Assembly (NCBI GenBank): GCA_025758065.1
Contig: CP107199.1
Span: 3,312,949-3,376,948 of the forward strand
Direction: 5' to 3'
DNA: 64,000 nt
Origin: Lachnospiraceae bacterium
GTDB taxonomy: Bacteria; Bacillota; Clostridia; Lachnospirales; Lachnospiraceae
Part shown: positions 1 through 9,158 of the stretch, piece by piece
Layout of the letters: every line of letters begins with the position of its first letter
Numbering within the stretch: the first letter of the stretch is position 1
Program-made: the position numbers and the translations under genes
The notes under the pieces: generated by a model
Database searches by the model: none
Told to the model about the DNA's origin: nothing
Seen by the model: the letters and a program-made list of their open reading frames with translations, nothing else

Positions 1-73
1 AACGCATCACATCCAGGTGGCCGATGAATTTCATGGTGCCGTATTTGCGAAATTTTATACGAATTTTCATCAT
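1..73 (-). CDS. TIGR03936-family radical SAM-associated protein, 5' end only (runs off the window)
   Basis: Hand translation of the minus strand gives MMKIRIKFRKYGTMKFIGHLDVMR, the typical N-terminal HLD motif. It lies directly downstream of the TIGR03960-type gene. Confidence 0.8.
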   Translation of the reverse strand, partial: MMKIRIKFRKYGTMKFIGHLDVMR

Positions 74-147
74 TGTCTGTATTGTTCCTTTTATTATTTA
101 TATATTTACATTAATTTACGAATTTGCACTCTTACAGTTTTATGGTC

Positions 148-2013
148 TTATCTTTTCTCAAAGCAGACACCGCCACCATATTTGGCAGCACCGCAGCCAG
201 AACATTTCTGACGGCAGTTTTGAGTCACTTTTTCATCAAGCGCATTCTGCCACTCTCTCTTCAAGAAAGCCTTGGAAACACCTGCATCAATGAAATCCCA
301 TGGGAATAACTCATCTAAGCTGCGTTCTCTGGTGGTATAAAAATCAATATCCACGCCGCAGGTTTTAAATGCTTCCATCCAGACTTCATTTTTAAAGAAT
401 TCAGACCATGAATCGTAAATAGCCCCTCTACGGTATGCTTCTTCAATAACTGCACCTACACGGCGGTCGCCTCTTGCAAGAACGCCCTCTAATACAGTCA
501 GTTCTGCTTCATGCCAGTTATATTTTAAACTCTTAAAGTTTTTCATCTCACGGAACTTTCCGCGAACGATATTGGCACGCTCTAGGAATTCTTCCTTAGT
601 ACACATCCTTGCCCACTGAAATGGGGTAAATGGCTTCGGAACAAAGAATGATGAACTGGCAACTACCTGTACCTTACCATGCCTCTGATCTTTTGGGATC
701 TCATCATAATAGGTCTCTGCAATCTTTTCAGAAAGAAGGGCGATCCCTTCCATATCTTCCACTGTTTCTGTAGGCTGTCCCAGCATAAAATACAGTTTTA
801 CGCGGTTCCACCCTGCGTGGAAAGCATCATTGGCACCCTTTAAGATCACTTCTTCTGTAAGTCCCTTATTAATAACGTCCCTCTGGCGCTGGGAACCAGC
901 CTCAGGAGCAAATGTAAGGCTGCTTTTTTTAATATCCTGGACCTTGCTCATAACATCCAGGGAAAAAGCATCGATACGCAGGGATGGAAGGGAAATATTC
1001 ACCCCTTTTCCCTTAAACTCATCAATAAGAAAGTTCACAAGACCTTCCAGATGCGTATAATCACTGGAACTTAAAGAACTTAAGGAAATCTCCTCATGTC
1101 CGGTGCTCTTAAGCATATCGTATGCATAATGCTTTAAATATTCCAAACTGTGTTCTCTTAACGGACGATACACATTACCCGCCTGACAGAAACGGCATCC
1201 ACGGATACAGCCTCTCTGGATCTCTAAAACCACTCTGTCCTGAGTCACCTTAATAAATGGCACCAGCGGTTTTTCAATATATGGCACACTGTCCATATCA
1301 GCTACTACCTGCTTAACGATCTTTTCCTTTGCAGTTGGACAGTTTGGTTTAAAGCTTTTTAATGTGCCGTCTTCATTGTACTCTACGTCATAAAAAGCCG
1401 GGACATAGATTCCCTCGATCTGGGCTGCTTTCTCTAAAAAGTCTCTTCTGCTTCCGCCGTTTTTTTTGTTTTCCTTATAGCAGTCTAAAAGTTCAAAATA
1501 AACTGTCTCACCTTCTCCGATATAAAACATATCAAAGAAATCTGCCAAAGGCTCCGGATTATAGGCACATGGGCCGCCACCGATGACAATTGGCATATCT
1601 TCCCCACGATCTGCTGCATGGAGCGGGATCTGTGCCAGATCTAAGATCTGAAGCACATTAGTATAGCACATTTCATACTGAAGAGTGATTCCCAGAAAAT
1701 CAAAGTTCTTTACAGGCTCCTGGGTCTCAAGGGTAAACAGCGGGATATTCTTCTCTCTCATGATCGGATCCAGATCCATCCAGGGGCTGTATACACGCTC
1801 ACAATAGATATCTTCCCTGGAATTAAACATAGAATACAGGATCTGGATGCCTAAATGGGACATGCCTATCTCGTATACGTCCGGAAAGCACATGGCAAAC
1901 CGAATGTCCACAAGGGACGGATTTTTCATGACACAGTTCACTTCCCCTCCGATGTATCTGGCGGGTTGTTGAACGGTTAATAAAATTTCATCACTTAACG
2001 CTAACTTTTTCAT
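148..2013 (-). CDS. TIGR03960-family B12-binding radical SAM protein
   Basis: 621 aa with PARYIGGE and FPDVYEIGMSHLG N-terminal motifs, a CIRGCRFC radical SAM motif and a C-terminal Cys cluster. Confidence 0.9.
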   Translation of the reverse strand: MKKLALSDEILLTVQQPARYIGGEVNCVMKNPSLVDIRFAMCFPDVYEIGMSHLGIQILYSMFNSREDIYCERVYSPWMDLDPIMREKNIPLFTLETQEPVKNFDFLGITLQYEMCYTNVLQILDLAQIPLHAADRGEDMPIVIGGGPCAYNPEPLADFFDMFYIGEGETVYFELLDCYKENKKNGGSRRDFLEKAAQIEGIYVPAFYDVEYNEDGTLKSFKPNCPTAKEKIVKQVVADMDSVPYIEKPLVPFIKVTQDRVVLEIQRGCIRGCRFCQAGNVYRPLREHSLEYLKHYAYDMLKSTGHEEISLSSLSSSDYTHLEGLVNFLIDEFKGKGVNISLPSLRIDAFSLDVMSKVQDIKKSSLTFAPEAGSQRQRDVINKGLTEEVILKGANDAFHAGWNRVKLYFMLGQPTETVEDMEGIALLSEKIAETYYDEIPKDQRHGKVQVVASSSFFVPKPFTPFQWARMCTKEEFLERANIVRGKFREMKNFKSLKYNWHEAELTVLEGVLARGDRRVGAVIEEAYRRGAIYDSWSEFFKNEVWMEAFKTCGVDIDFYTTRERSLDELFPWDFIDAGVSKAFLKREWQNALDEKVTQNCRQKCSGCGAAKYGGGVCFEKR

Positions 2014-2261
2014 AAAGCCTTATTTTACCTACATTTCTCACGTTTTTTGCGATATATTCATCGCTGTTTTTTGGTTCTTTTTAGTTCTTTTTCTCTGTTC
2101 TTTTCCGTAAGCGTAAAAACACAAATTCTTGTCAAGTGTTTTTATCTCACGGATAGTTTACATAATATTTTTCGCTCTTACGACAAAAAAAATTGTTTCT
2201 GAAATACGCACAATTCGGATTTTCCATCATTTTACGGATAAATCCGCTTTAAATGTACAGA

Positions 2262-2768
2262 TCAGACCGCATTATTATACGGTATTTCCCGTGTTTCCGC
2301 AATAGATTCTTTCCCGAAATCAATTTTTCGAGCTTCTATCGTCGAACTTTTTATTAAGTTTTCCGAATATTCGTCAAATCCAGGAACCTCAAAAATCAGG
2401 TTTTCCTTCAGAACGATCTCATCATTTTCCAGTTTTACTGGCATGGCATTCAGGACAATTTCCTCAAATTCCGGCACTTCTTCACAAACTTTTTGACTCG
2501 GAACAACATAGTGTTGCATCGTGAAAATTCCGCTGGAATGTCCGAGCACGACGGCCAGTTCTTTGATATTAACCTGGTACTGGACCATTAATGTTGCGTA
2601 TACATGACGCAAATCGTGCCAGTGAAAATCATCCGGGAGACCGTAAAGTTTTTTCAGGGAATTGAAATCATCCTTATAGGACCGGCGGTTATAGGCAGTG
2701 CCATCCGTCCGGTGCCAGATCGTTACCTCTCCTGCGTCCTTCCCTTCTGCCTCCAGCGACTGGGTCCA
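2262..2768 (-). pseudogene. Tyrosine recombinase/integrase C-terminal remnant
   Basis: The open frame reads ...DGTAYNRRSYKDDFNSLKKLYGLPDDFHWHDLRHVYATLM...KELAVVLGHSSGIFTMQHY, with HxLRH, LGH and the catalytic Tyr. There is an in-frame TGA at 2769-2771 and no N-terminal half. Confidence 0.85.
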
Positions 2769-5118
2769 TCAGGGAGCAATCTCCACTTTTTACTTTCCAT
2801 TTATCACTGTTCAATGACCTGCATTTCGATACCCACCCCCCCCCCCACACAAAACCGCCGCCGGATTTTATGCTTCTGATCGTCTTTTCCAATACCTTCA
2901 TCTCAACCGGTTTTGAAACATGGGCATTCATACCGGCTGCCAGAGAATGCTGAATATCCTCAGAAAACGCATTGGCGGTCATAGCAATGATCGGAATTGT
3001 CATTGCCAGTTCATGAGAACTTCTGCGGATTGCTTTTGTTGCCTCATAACCGTTCATGACAGGCATCTGCACATCCATCAGGATCATGTCATAATCCCCC
3101 GGGGCAGACTGTTCAAATGTCTCCAGAACTCTTTCACCATTTTCACAGATGATGCACTCTGCGCCCTCAATTTTTAACAGTTCCATCAAAATCTCTGCAT
3201 TCAGCTCATTATCCTCCGCACACAGGAATCTCATTCCCTGAAGGATATTATCATCCTGTTCATCTATTTCTTCTTGTGCTGCCAAAGCAATTGTTCTCTC
3301 CTCTGCAATTCTCATATCTATGAGAACCTCAAAACAGCTTCCCTGTCCCAGTTCACTCTCCAAATCAATGGTGCCTCCCATTGCTTTAACCAGATTTCTG
3401 GTAATAGCCATTCCGAGACCGGTTCCCTGTATCTTATTAGTCATAGAACTTTCAGCGCGGGTAAACGGATCAAAAATCGTCTCTTTGAAATCTGCAGACA
3501 TTCCCATACCATTATCGCTGACTAAGAAACGGTACTTTGCATAGACAGATGACTTTGTCTCACATTCTTCTACCAGAAACTGAATTTTTCCACCTTCCTG
3601 CGTGTACTTCACTGCATTAGAAAGCAAGTTGCTGAAAATCTGCATCAGATGAACCTGATCTCCGTTCACCCATTCGTGCCGGATGTTTTCTTTTATGATC
3701 GTAAGAGTCTGTTTTTTTTCATCTATCTGTGACTGAAATAAAGTATTGATTTCCTGTATAAAATTCAGAATGGAAAAATCATTGTATTTAAAAACTGTTT
3801 TTCCTGCTTCAATCTTACTCATATCCAGAACATCATTAATAATCCCTAACAGATGCTGTGATGAAATATCTATTTTATCTGCATACTCTATTACTTTATC
3901 TTTATTCCCTGCATCATATCTGATTAATGATGTCATACCAATAATTGCATTCATTGGTGTACGAATATCATGTGACATATTGGACAGGAAATCTGTTTTC
4001 GCCTTATTTGCATTTTCAGCGGTCTGCAAGGCTTCCGTTGTAATGTCCTTTGCTTTTTTCAGTTTTTTATTGGACTCCTCCATTTCCTTCATTGCCTGCG
4101 TCTGAACCTCATTATTTCTTTTTTCATATTCAGCTTTTTGCTCAGCAAGACTGCGTCTAGAAATACTGTAGAATAATCCGGCAAAAAGCAAAAGTATAAA
4201 ACCTGCCATGAGTATTGTTTCAAACACTATTGTTTTCTGATAATCTTTCAGTACATTATCTACAACACTCTTTCCTACAATACAGATCAGCATGGTGTTA
4301 TTATTTTCTATCGGACAGTATCCCAGATAGTAAGGTTTGTCACTTCCCAGAAGTTCTACCCCCTGTTCTCTGCCATCCAGCTTTTTTTGAAGAGAATCAG
4401 CCTCTTCCTCAGTGATAGCCTGATCTCCTTTTAAATGCTTTAACAAAAAATAGTTCCTAAAAAATTTATCTTCTTTCTGATTTGTATAAGTAATATTTCC
4501 GTCGTTATCCAGCATAAACAGATACGCATTCCCGTTATAGCTTTTCACACTTAACATGGAATCTAATTTTGAATGATCATACAAGGTTCCAATTGCCGTA
4601 TAAGTTTCCCCATTAATCGTATATCCCTGACATGGAATTGCAACCAGATAACCATCTTTTTCCTTCTGGTTGTAATCAAGAGAAACCAATTTTCCAATAT
4701 TATATCCGTTCCTCAAATCCAACAAGCATTTACTTGGCATGTCAACCCGAAGTTTTGTTCCATCAGTGGTTATTGCCTTTCCATTTTCCTGGAGAAATAT
4801 AAGTGTACTTTCAGATTCTTTCTGCCATGCCTCAAAGAACTTCTTGTTTCTATCCAGTTCAATAGATCTCACTTCCTCTTGAATAAGAGAATCCTCAAGC
4901 AAATGCAGCTGGCTGTAGTATCCATTCACCTGCAGATCATAGGTCTGCTGTATCTGTTCAACAACAGCTCCCATATTGCTTTTCCCGTTTTCCGCGATAT
5001 AGCTGTTCATCCTGTTCAAAAGGAGCTTTACAAAAATTAAGCTTAAAAAGATAAGAATTAAAAAGAACAATGGCACTATAATCTTTTTTCTTTTTGTTAT
5101 TACTTGTTCTATTCCCAC
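2689..5118 (-). CDS. Membrane-bound hybrid sensor histidine kinase/response regulator
   Basis: Two TM segments flank an extracellular domain. H-box FLSNMSHDIRTP, N-box NLLSNAVKYT, G boxes DNGMGM/GTGLG and a REC domain (MDVQMPVMNG). The C-terminal tail depends on a G11 tract. Confidence 0.92.
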   Translation of the reverse strand: MGIEQVITKRKKIIVPLFFLILIFLSLIFVKLLLNRMNSYIAENGKSNMGAVVEQIQQTYDLQVNGYYSQLHLLEDSLIQEEVRSIELDRNKKFFEAWQKESESTLIFLQENGKAITTDGTKLRVDMPSKCLLDLRNGYNIGKLVSLDYNQKEKDGYLVAIPCQGYTINGETYTAIGTLYDHSKLDSMLSVKSYNGNAYLFMLDNDGNITYTNQKEDKFFRNYFLLKHLKGDQAITEEEADSLQKKLDGREQGVELLGSDKPYYLGYCPIENNNTMLICIVGKSVVDNVLKDYQKTIVFETILMAGFILLLFAGLFYSISRRSLAEQKAEYEKRNNEVQTQAMKEMEESNKKLKKAKDITTEALQTAENANKAKTDFLSNMSHDIRTPMNAIIGMTSLIRYDAGNKDKVIEYADKIDISSQHLLGIINDVLDMSKIEAGKTVFKYNDFSILNFIQEINTLFQSQIDEKKQTLTIIKENIRHEWVNGDQVHLMQIFSNLLSNAVKYTQEGGKIQFLVEECETKSSVYAKYRFLVSDNGMGMSADFKETIFDPFTRAESSMTNKIQGTGLGMAITRNLVKAMGGTIDLESELGQGSCFEVLIDMRIAEERTIALAAQEEIDEQDDNILQGMRFLCAEDNELNAEILMELLKIEGAECIICENGERVLETFEQSAPGDYDMILMDVQMPVMNGYEATKAIRRSSHELAMTIPIIAMTANAFSEDIQHSLAAGMNAHVSKPVEMKVLEKTIRSIKSGGGFVWGGGWVSKCRSLNSDKWKVKSGDCSLMDPVAGGRREGRRRGNDLAPDGWHCL
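2836..2846 (-). repeat. G11 homopolymer (C11 on + strand) in the 3' end of the hybrid kinase gene
   Basis: Read directly as acccaCCCCCCCCCCCacac. Confidence 0.95.
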
Positions 5119-5120
5119 TT

Positions 5121-6965
5121 TTATTTTTCAACCTCTATATAATCTTCCGGTGCTGACGGCTGCTGTCCGTTTGCCATTGCTACGGTCCATGCACTTGATA
5201 ATGTTGTGTTCCCAAGCTGCCTGATCTCACACTCCGGATTTATTTTTTTCAAAACAGACATTGTGGTTTCTGTAAGAAGAATAGAGTACTCCTTGTCTTT
5301 GTCTATTTTTTTCTTATTTACTTCTATGTCCTTTAATGAGAATCCGTTTTCCTCCTGCCTGACGATTATTTTCATACCGGATGCAATTGGCAATTCGTAT
5401 TTATTGGTTATGTGAAATTTCTCATCGGACTCAGCAAGATATTTCTCCGCAAGTTCATAAATTTCTTTGCCATTGATTTTTGCCAGGTATAAAAATGTAT
5501 CTGAACTCTTTGCCGTCAGCAAAGCAACTCGGCTGCCGGTGCACTCCCCTTTGTAAATGGAAGAAGTAAAATAATAATATGGCACCAGAGCCAGCTGCGC
5601 ATCATTTTCTTCTCTGATCGTAGTTAAAATAGAAGATGCCGCATCGCGACCGTTTTTATCATTTAGCGAAATGGCATATTCGTTTTCAAAATTAACTGTG
5701 GTTTCTTCTTTTGAATCCTTGCTGTTCATTGTGCTGCGAAAAGCATCATAAGCCTGTGTTTCATCCATTTCCCCTGACAATAATCCGTGAACAGCCTTAA
5801 GGCTGGCATCAAATGATTTTTGAGCAGAATATCGGATATAAACAGAATTATTATTAATTTCATCTTCAAGGCCAGGTACATCTTCCATCATGTTTGGAAC
5901 ATCTACATTTAATGAAATTACACCCTTTCCATCTGCGATCAGCGTTTGTCCTTCTTTTGAAATCATACACTCCAGGACATCGAATGCCAGATCCAGTTTT
6001 TCCTGATCTTTTTCCAGGTCTTTGTTGAATGCAATATTCAGAGAAGGGGTCATATTTATAAAAGCTTCATCCGAAATCTGTGAAAAAAACGGTATACGAG
6101 TTAATTCTGCATCCATCTGTTCCTGGAGTTCCTGCATAAGTGCCGGATATCCATGAAACATTGCTGCTTTTCCCTCAAAAAACATATGAGTTGCAGTATT
6201 AATATCGACACTGATATCATCACCTGTAAAATGTGAGTCCTTCAAAAATGTATTGGTTTCTGAAAAAATACGTTTCCATAACGCATCATCAAATGCGATA
6301 TCCCCTGATGCACTTTCAGCTGAGCTTCTCCATTCGATTCCATCCAGACTCATGAATTCACCAATTGCACCTGTCTGAATCACCTCATGAGCGGACCAGT
6401 CTTCTGCAAGATCCAGGGAATACGGTTTTATACCATTATCATAAAATTGCTGGCATGCCTGTGCATATTCCTTATAGTTTTTCGGTATCTTGATTCCATA
6501 CTGTTCAAACAATGTCTTGTTGGCAATAATCGTCTGCGGTATACCGCAGATAGGAAGCCACTGAATCTCATTTTTTGAATTTTTATAATATTGCAATGCA
6601 TAGGAGTAATACCTGGAAACCACATCATAAGAAGCAAAATCCATTAGATATGGCTCCAGATCCTGTGCATCTTTTCCAGAAAATCGACGTACGGTTATGA
6701 TATCCGGCAGTTCACCATGCTCCTCAAAATAGCTATATAAATCGGTAACATTGTTACCGGTAATAAACTCAATATCCTGATCTGGAAACTGCTCATGGAT
6801 ATAGGGTACAATATTTTTCATTAAACGATTTTCCCACAGATACACGGTAAGGTGATCGTCATTTTTAGATACTGCTTTTTTAGATTGTCCACAGCCAGAC
6901 AAAACAGTAGCTGCTACAAGCACCCCTGACAATAAAACTATCAGATAATATTTTGCCTTTTTCAT
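5121..6965 (-). CDS. Extracellular solute-binding lipoprotein with a probable C-terminal 5'-nucleotidase-C-like domain
   Basis: Lipobox VLSGC and an SBP_bac_1/8-like N-terminal region (LTVYLW, ELPDII, IIANKTLFEQYGIKIP). The C-terminal region (INGKEI...SGMKI...IDKDKEYSI) resembles 5'-nucleotidase C-terminal domains. Confidence 0.75.
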   Translation of the reverse strand: MKKAKYYLIVLLSGVLVAATVLSGCGQSKKAVSKNDDHLTVYLWENRLMKNIVPYIHEQFPDQDIEFITGNNVTDLYSYFEEHGELPDIITVRRFSGKDAQDLEPYLMDFASYDVVSRYYSYALQYYKNSKNEIQWLPICGIPQTIIANKTLFEQYGIKIPKNYKEYAQACQQFYDNGIKPYSLDLAEDWSAHEVIQTGAIGEFMSLDGIEWRSSAESASGDIAFDDALWKRIFSETNTFLKDSHFTGDDISVDINTATHMFFEGKAAMFHGYPALMQELQEQMDAELTRIPFFSQISDEAFINMTPSLNIAFNKDLEKDQEKLDLAFDVLECMISKEGQTLIADGKGVISLNVDVPNMMEDVPGLEDEINNNSVYIRYSAQKSFDASLKAVHGLLSGEMDETQAYDAFRSTMNSKDSKEETTVNFENEYAISLNDKNGRDAASSILTTIREENDAQLALVPYYYFTSSIYKGECTGSRVALLTAKSSDTFLYLAKINGKEIYELAEKYLAESDEKFHITNKYELPIASGMKIIVRQEENGFSLKDIEVNKKKIDKDKEYSILLTETTMSVLKKINPECEIRQLGNTTLSSAWTVAMANGQQPSAPEDYIEVEK

Positions 6966-7050
6966 ACTCTTATTTTCCTCATTCTTTCCTGATAAAAACC
7001 ATAATTCAATAATCCCATCTCAGACTTTCATCTTATTTGCCGATTATTCT

Positions 7051-7079
7051 ATTATAACTTGTAAAGCGGATGTTCGCAA
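7051..7079 (-). promoter_or_regulatory. Candidate sigma-A promoter for the SBP-kinase pair
   Basis: TTGCGA-17 nt-TATAAT on the minus strand, about 85 bp upstream of the 6965 start. Confidence 0.55.
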
Positions 7080-7170
7080 TCCGCTTCGCTACTTGCTCAT
7101 GCAAAAATATTAATGCTATTATACCTCTCTCTACTTTTTCAGGAGCTTTTCACATGCACCTGTGAAGCAA

Positions 7171-8465
7171 TTACAGCCAGTTTTCCAGAACATCATTCAG
7201 CTTATTCATATCCAGCGGTTTCGCGATATGTCCATTCATGCCTGTATTTTTGGCCAGCGGTACATCTTCTGCAAAAGCATTGGCAGTCATAGCAATAATA
7301 GGCAGTTTTCCCTTTTCACCCGGAAGGCTCCTGATTGCTGCAGTTGCCTCATAACCATTCATGACAGGCATTTGGATATCCATAAAAATAAGATCATACG
7401 AACCTTTCGGAGAAGCTTCCACTTTTTCAACTGCGATTTTCCCATTTTCTGCTGTTTCCACTTCTGCCCCTGTCATCTGCAAAATTTCAACACCAATTTC
7501 TCTGTTCAACTCATTATCCTCAACCAGCAGAATCCTTTTTCCTGTATAATCTGACGGTTCAACCTTAAAGGTATCAAAAGTATTCGCTTCCAGATTCACA
7601 TAATACTCGCACAGATCTGCTTTCGTAAAAGCCCGGTGGAAAGCAGCAGATTTGTGTGCCTGCATGATTTCTTTTTCTCCCCATCAATGTTAATAAAAAT
7701 CCCGGCAATCCTGCTGGCAGAACCATCCAGACGGCGTATTACTTCTGCCGATGCCCGAAACCACTGGTATTGATCACCCTTCATTCTCATACGATACTCT
7801 ACCTGGTATTTTATCTGGTTCGTCTTATCCTTAATTGCCGCCTGAAGCTGTATCATTACTCTTTCTTTATCCTGTGGATGCAGAAGATCTGACCAGGATT
7901 CCAGTTTATTCGGAAAGTCCAGAGTGTCATGATAGCCAAGCATTTTTCGGAATTCATGACTCCAGTTTGCATTCACAATCTCACTGTTTTCGTCACAGTC
8001 AAAATACCAGAAGCCGGAATAGATAGCCTCATTGAGCAGTGTCAAATTTACATGATCCCAGTTGACCTGTACGGACATAACCCAGATCTGTCTGCCCGCC
8101 TCATCTGTCGCATCCTCTTTACAAAGCCGTACATTATTCACTGTACCGTCTGCTGCAAGGATCTGTGCTTCCCCTGTTCCGTGAAGCTGCAAAAAACGGT
8201 CTCGCTCCAGTATATCTTCCTCGTCATAAAAGAAGTCTCTTAATGAGCCTTTTGTCTGTTCCATGAAAGTATCGAATGTATATCCTGTACTATGCAACAG
8301 CAGATTATTCACAGACAAAATAGACAGGTTTTGGTCATAAGATCCTGTCATTATACCTACCCCGCCATTATTTTCCAGTGTTTTCTGTACGGCCTGTGAC
8401 ATGGCCTGTGTCTGCCCCGTTACAGTCTCACCTAAGGAATATATTTTGTCTTCATAATTTTTCAT
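7171..8465 (-). pseudogene. PAS-domain hybrid kinase pseudogene (frameshift plus internal deletion of the kinase core)
   Basis: The PAS/PAC ORF 7596-8465 (WSDLLHPQD...EYRM...WFRASA) shifts frame in an A-rich run near 7670 into ORF 7171-7665. There, sensor sequence (FKVEPS) is joined directly to a REC domain (DYTGKRILLVEDN) with no HisKA/HATPase. Confidence 0.75.
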
Positions 8466-8565
8466 TTTATAAAAGTCCTCTCTCCGTCTTATGCCTTCTT
8501 CATCCTGCTTTTATCTGTATACAGAAAACCTGTCCCTGCTAGTTTTGTTACCCATTTTTGCATAC

Positions 8566-8599
8566 AAAAAGGACACTTGCAAAAATCTGCCAGTGTCCT
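8566..8599 (-). terminator. Intrinsic terminator; probable expression platform of riboswitch 1
   Basis: Minus strand AGGACACTGGC-AGATTTTT-GCAAGTGTCC-TTTTT, lying between the aptamer and the ATG at 8465. Confidence 0.75.
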
Positions 8600-8696
8600 A
8601 CTACATTTTTTTTAAATCACACATCTATATAGTATAAAAGGTATCGGAATCTCTTCTGTTCAAACATCTTTTCCATATATTATGATGATATGGAAA

Positions 8697-8783
8697 CAGT
8701 GGCAACCGGCTGACATGGTCAAGCTTTCTGACTTTAGTCCCTTCTGGCTTTGCGCCCCTGCCTTTCAACAGGTTTGCCTTTAA
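8697..8783 (-). ncRNA. c-di-GMP-I (GEMM) riboswitch aptamer 1
   Basis: Minus strand GGCAAACCTGTT-GAAA-GGCAGGGGCGCAAAGCC...CTAAAG...ATGTCAGCCGGTTGCC matches the c-di-GMP-I consensus (GGCAAAC, GAAA tetraloop, GCGCAAAG, CAGCC..TTGC). Confidence 0.9.
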
Positions 8784-8804
8784 AATAATCTCTTTCTTCA
8801 AAAA

Positions 8805-8833
8805 ACCATACCACGCGTTTTTTCGCACGTCAA
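8805..8833 (-). promoter_or_regulatory. Candidate sigma-A promoter driving riboswitch 1
   Basis: TTGACG-17 nt-TATGGT with an extended TG, immediately 5' of the aptamer. Confidence 0.6.
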
Positions 8834-8941
8834 TAATTTTTTTTTAAATCTACACATATTTTACTTCTGTTTTTGAACTTCTCTTTATAAAAAATCTAAA
8901 TCGATGAATCCTAAAAACCTAACATTTTTTTCATATGAAGC

Positions 8942-9022
8942 TCATTCATCTCTGGCCTCTTGTAAGTCCAGGAGCAGATCTGGCACACGGACGTACTTAA
9001 CGCTGTAATAACGCTTACATGC
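8942..9022 (-). pseudogene. Short remnant of an IS21-family IstB helper ATPase
   Basis: Hand translation ACKRYYSVKYVRVPDLLLDLQEARDE* resembles the segment after Walker A in IstB proteins. Confidence 0.6.
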
Positions 9023-9158
9023 ATTGATGAATTAACATATCGTAAACAGTTTTCGATACAAATCTAAAATACTGGGAAATCATCAAAACAATTGCTATAA
9101 AACAGAGTGTTTTCCATAACAGGATATGCCACATTTCCCCCCACTGCTTTGTATTTTT

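Noticed and set aside
2014..2261. att-site direct repeat matching the right island edge (~15900-15990)
   Set aside because: Only short AT-rich matches were visible, not enough to call an attachment site.
8625..8828. 67-aa minus-strand ORF
   Set aside because: It overlaps the promoter and c-di-GMP aptamer 1, which explain the sequence better.
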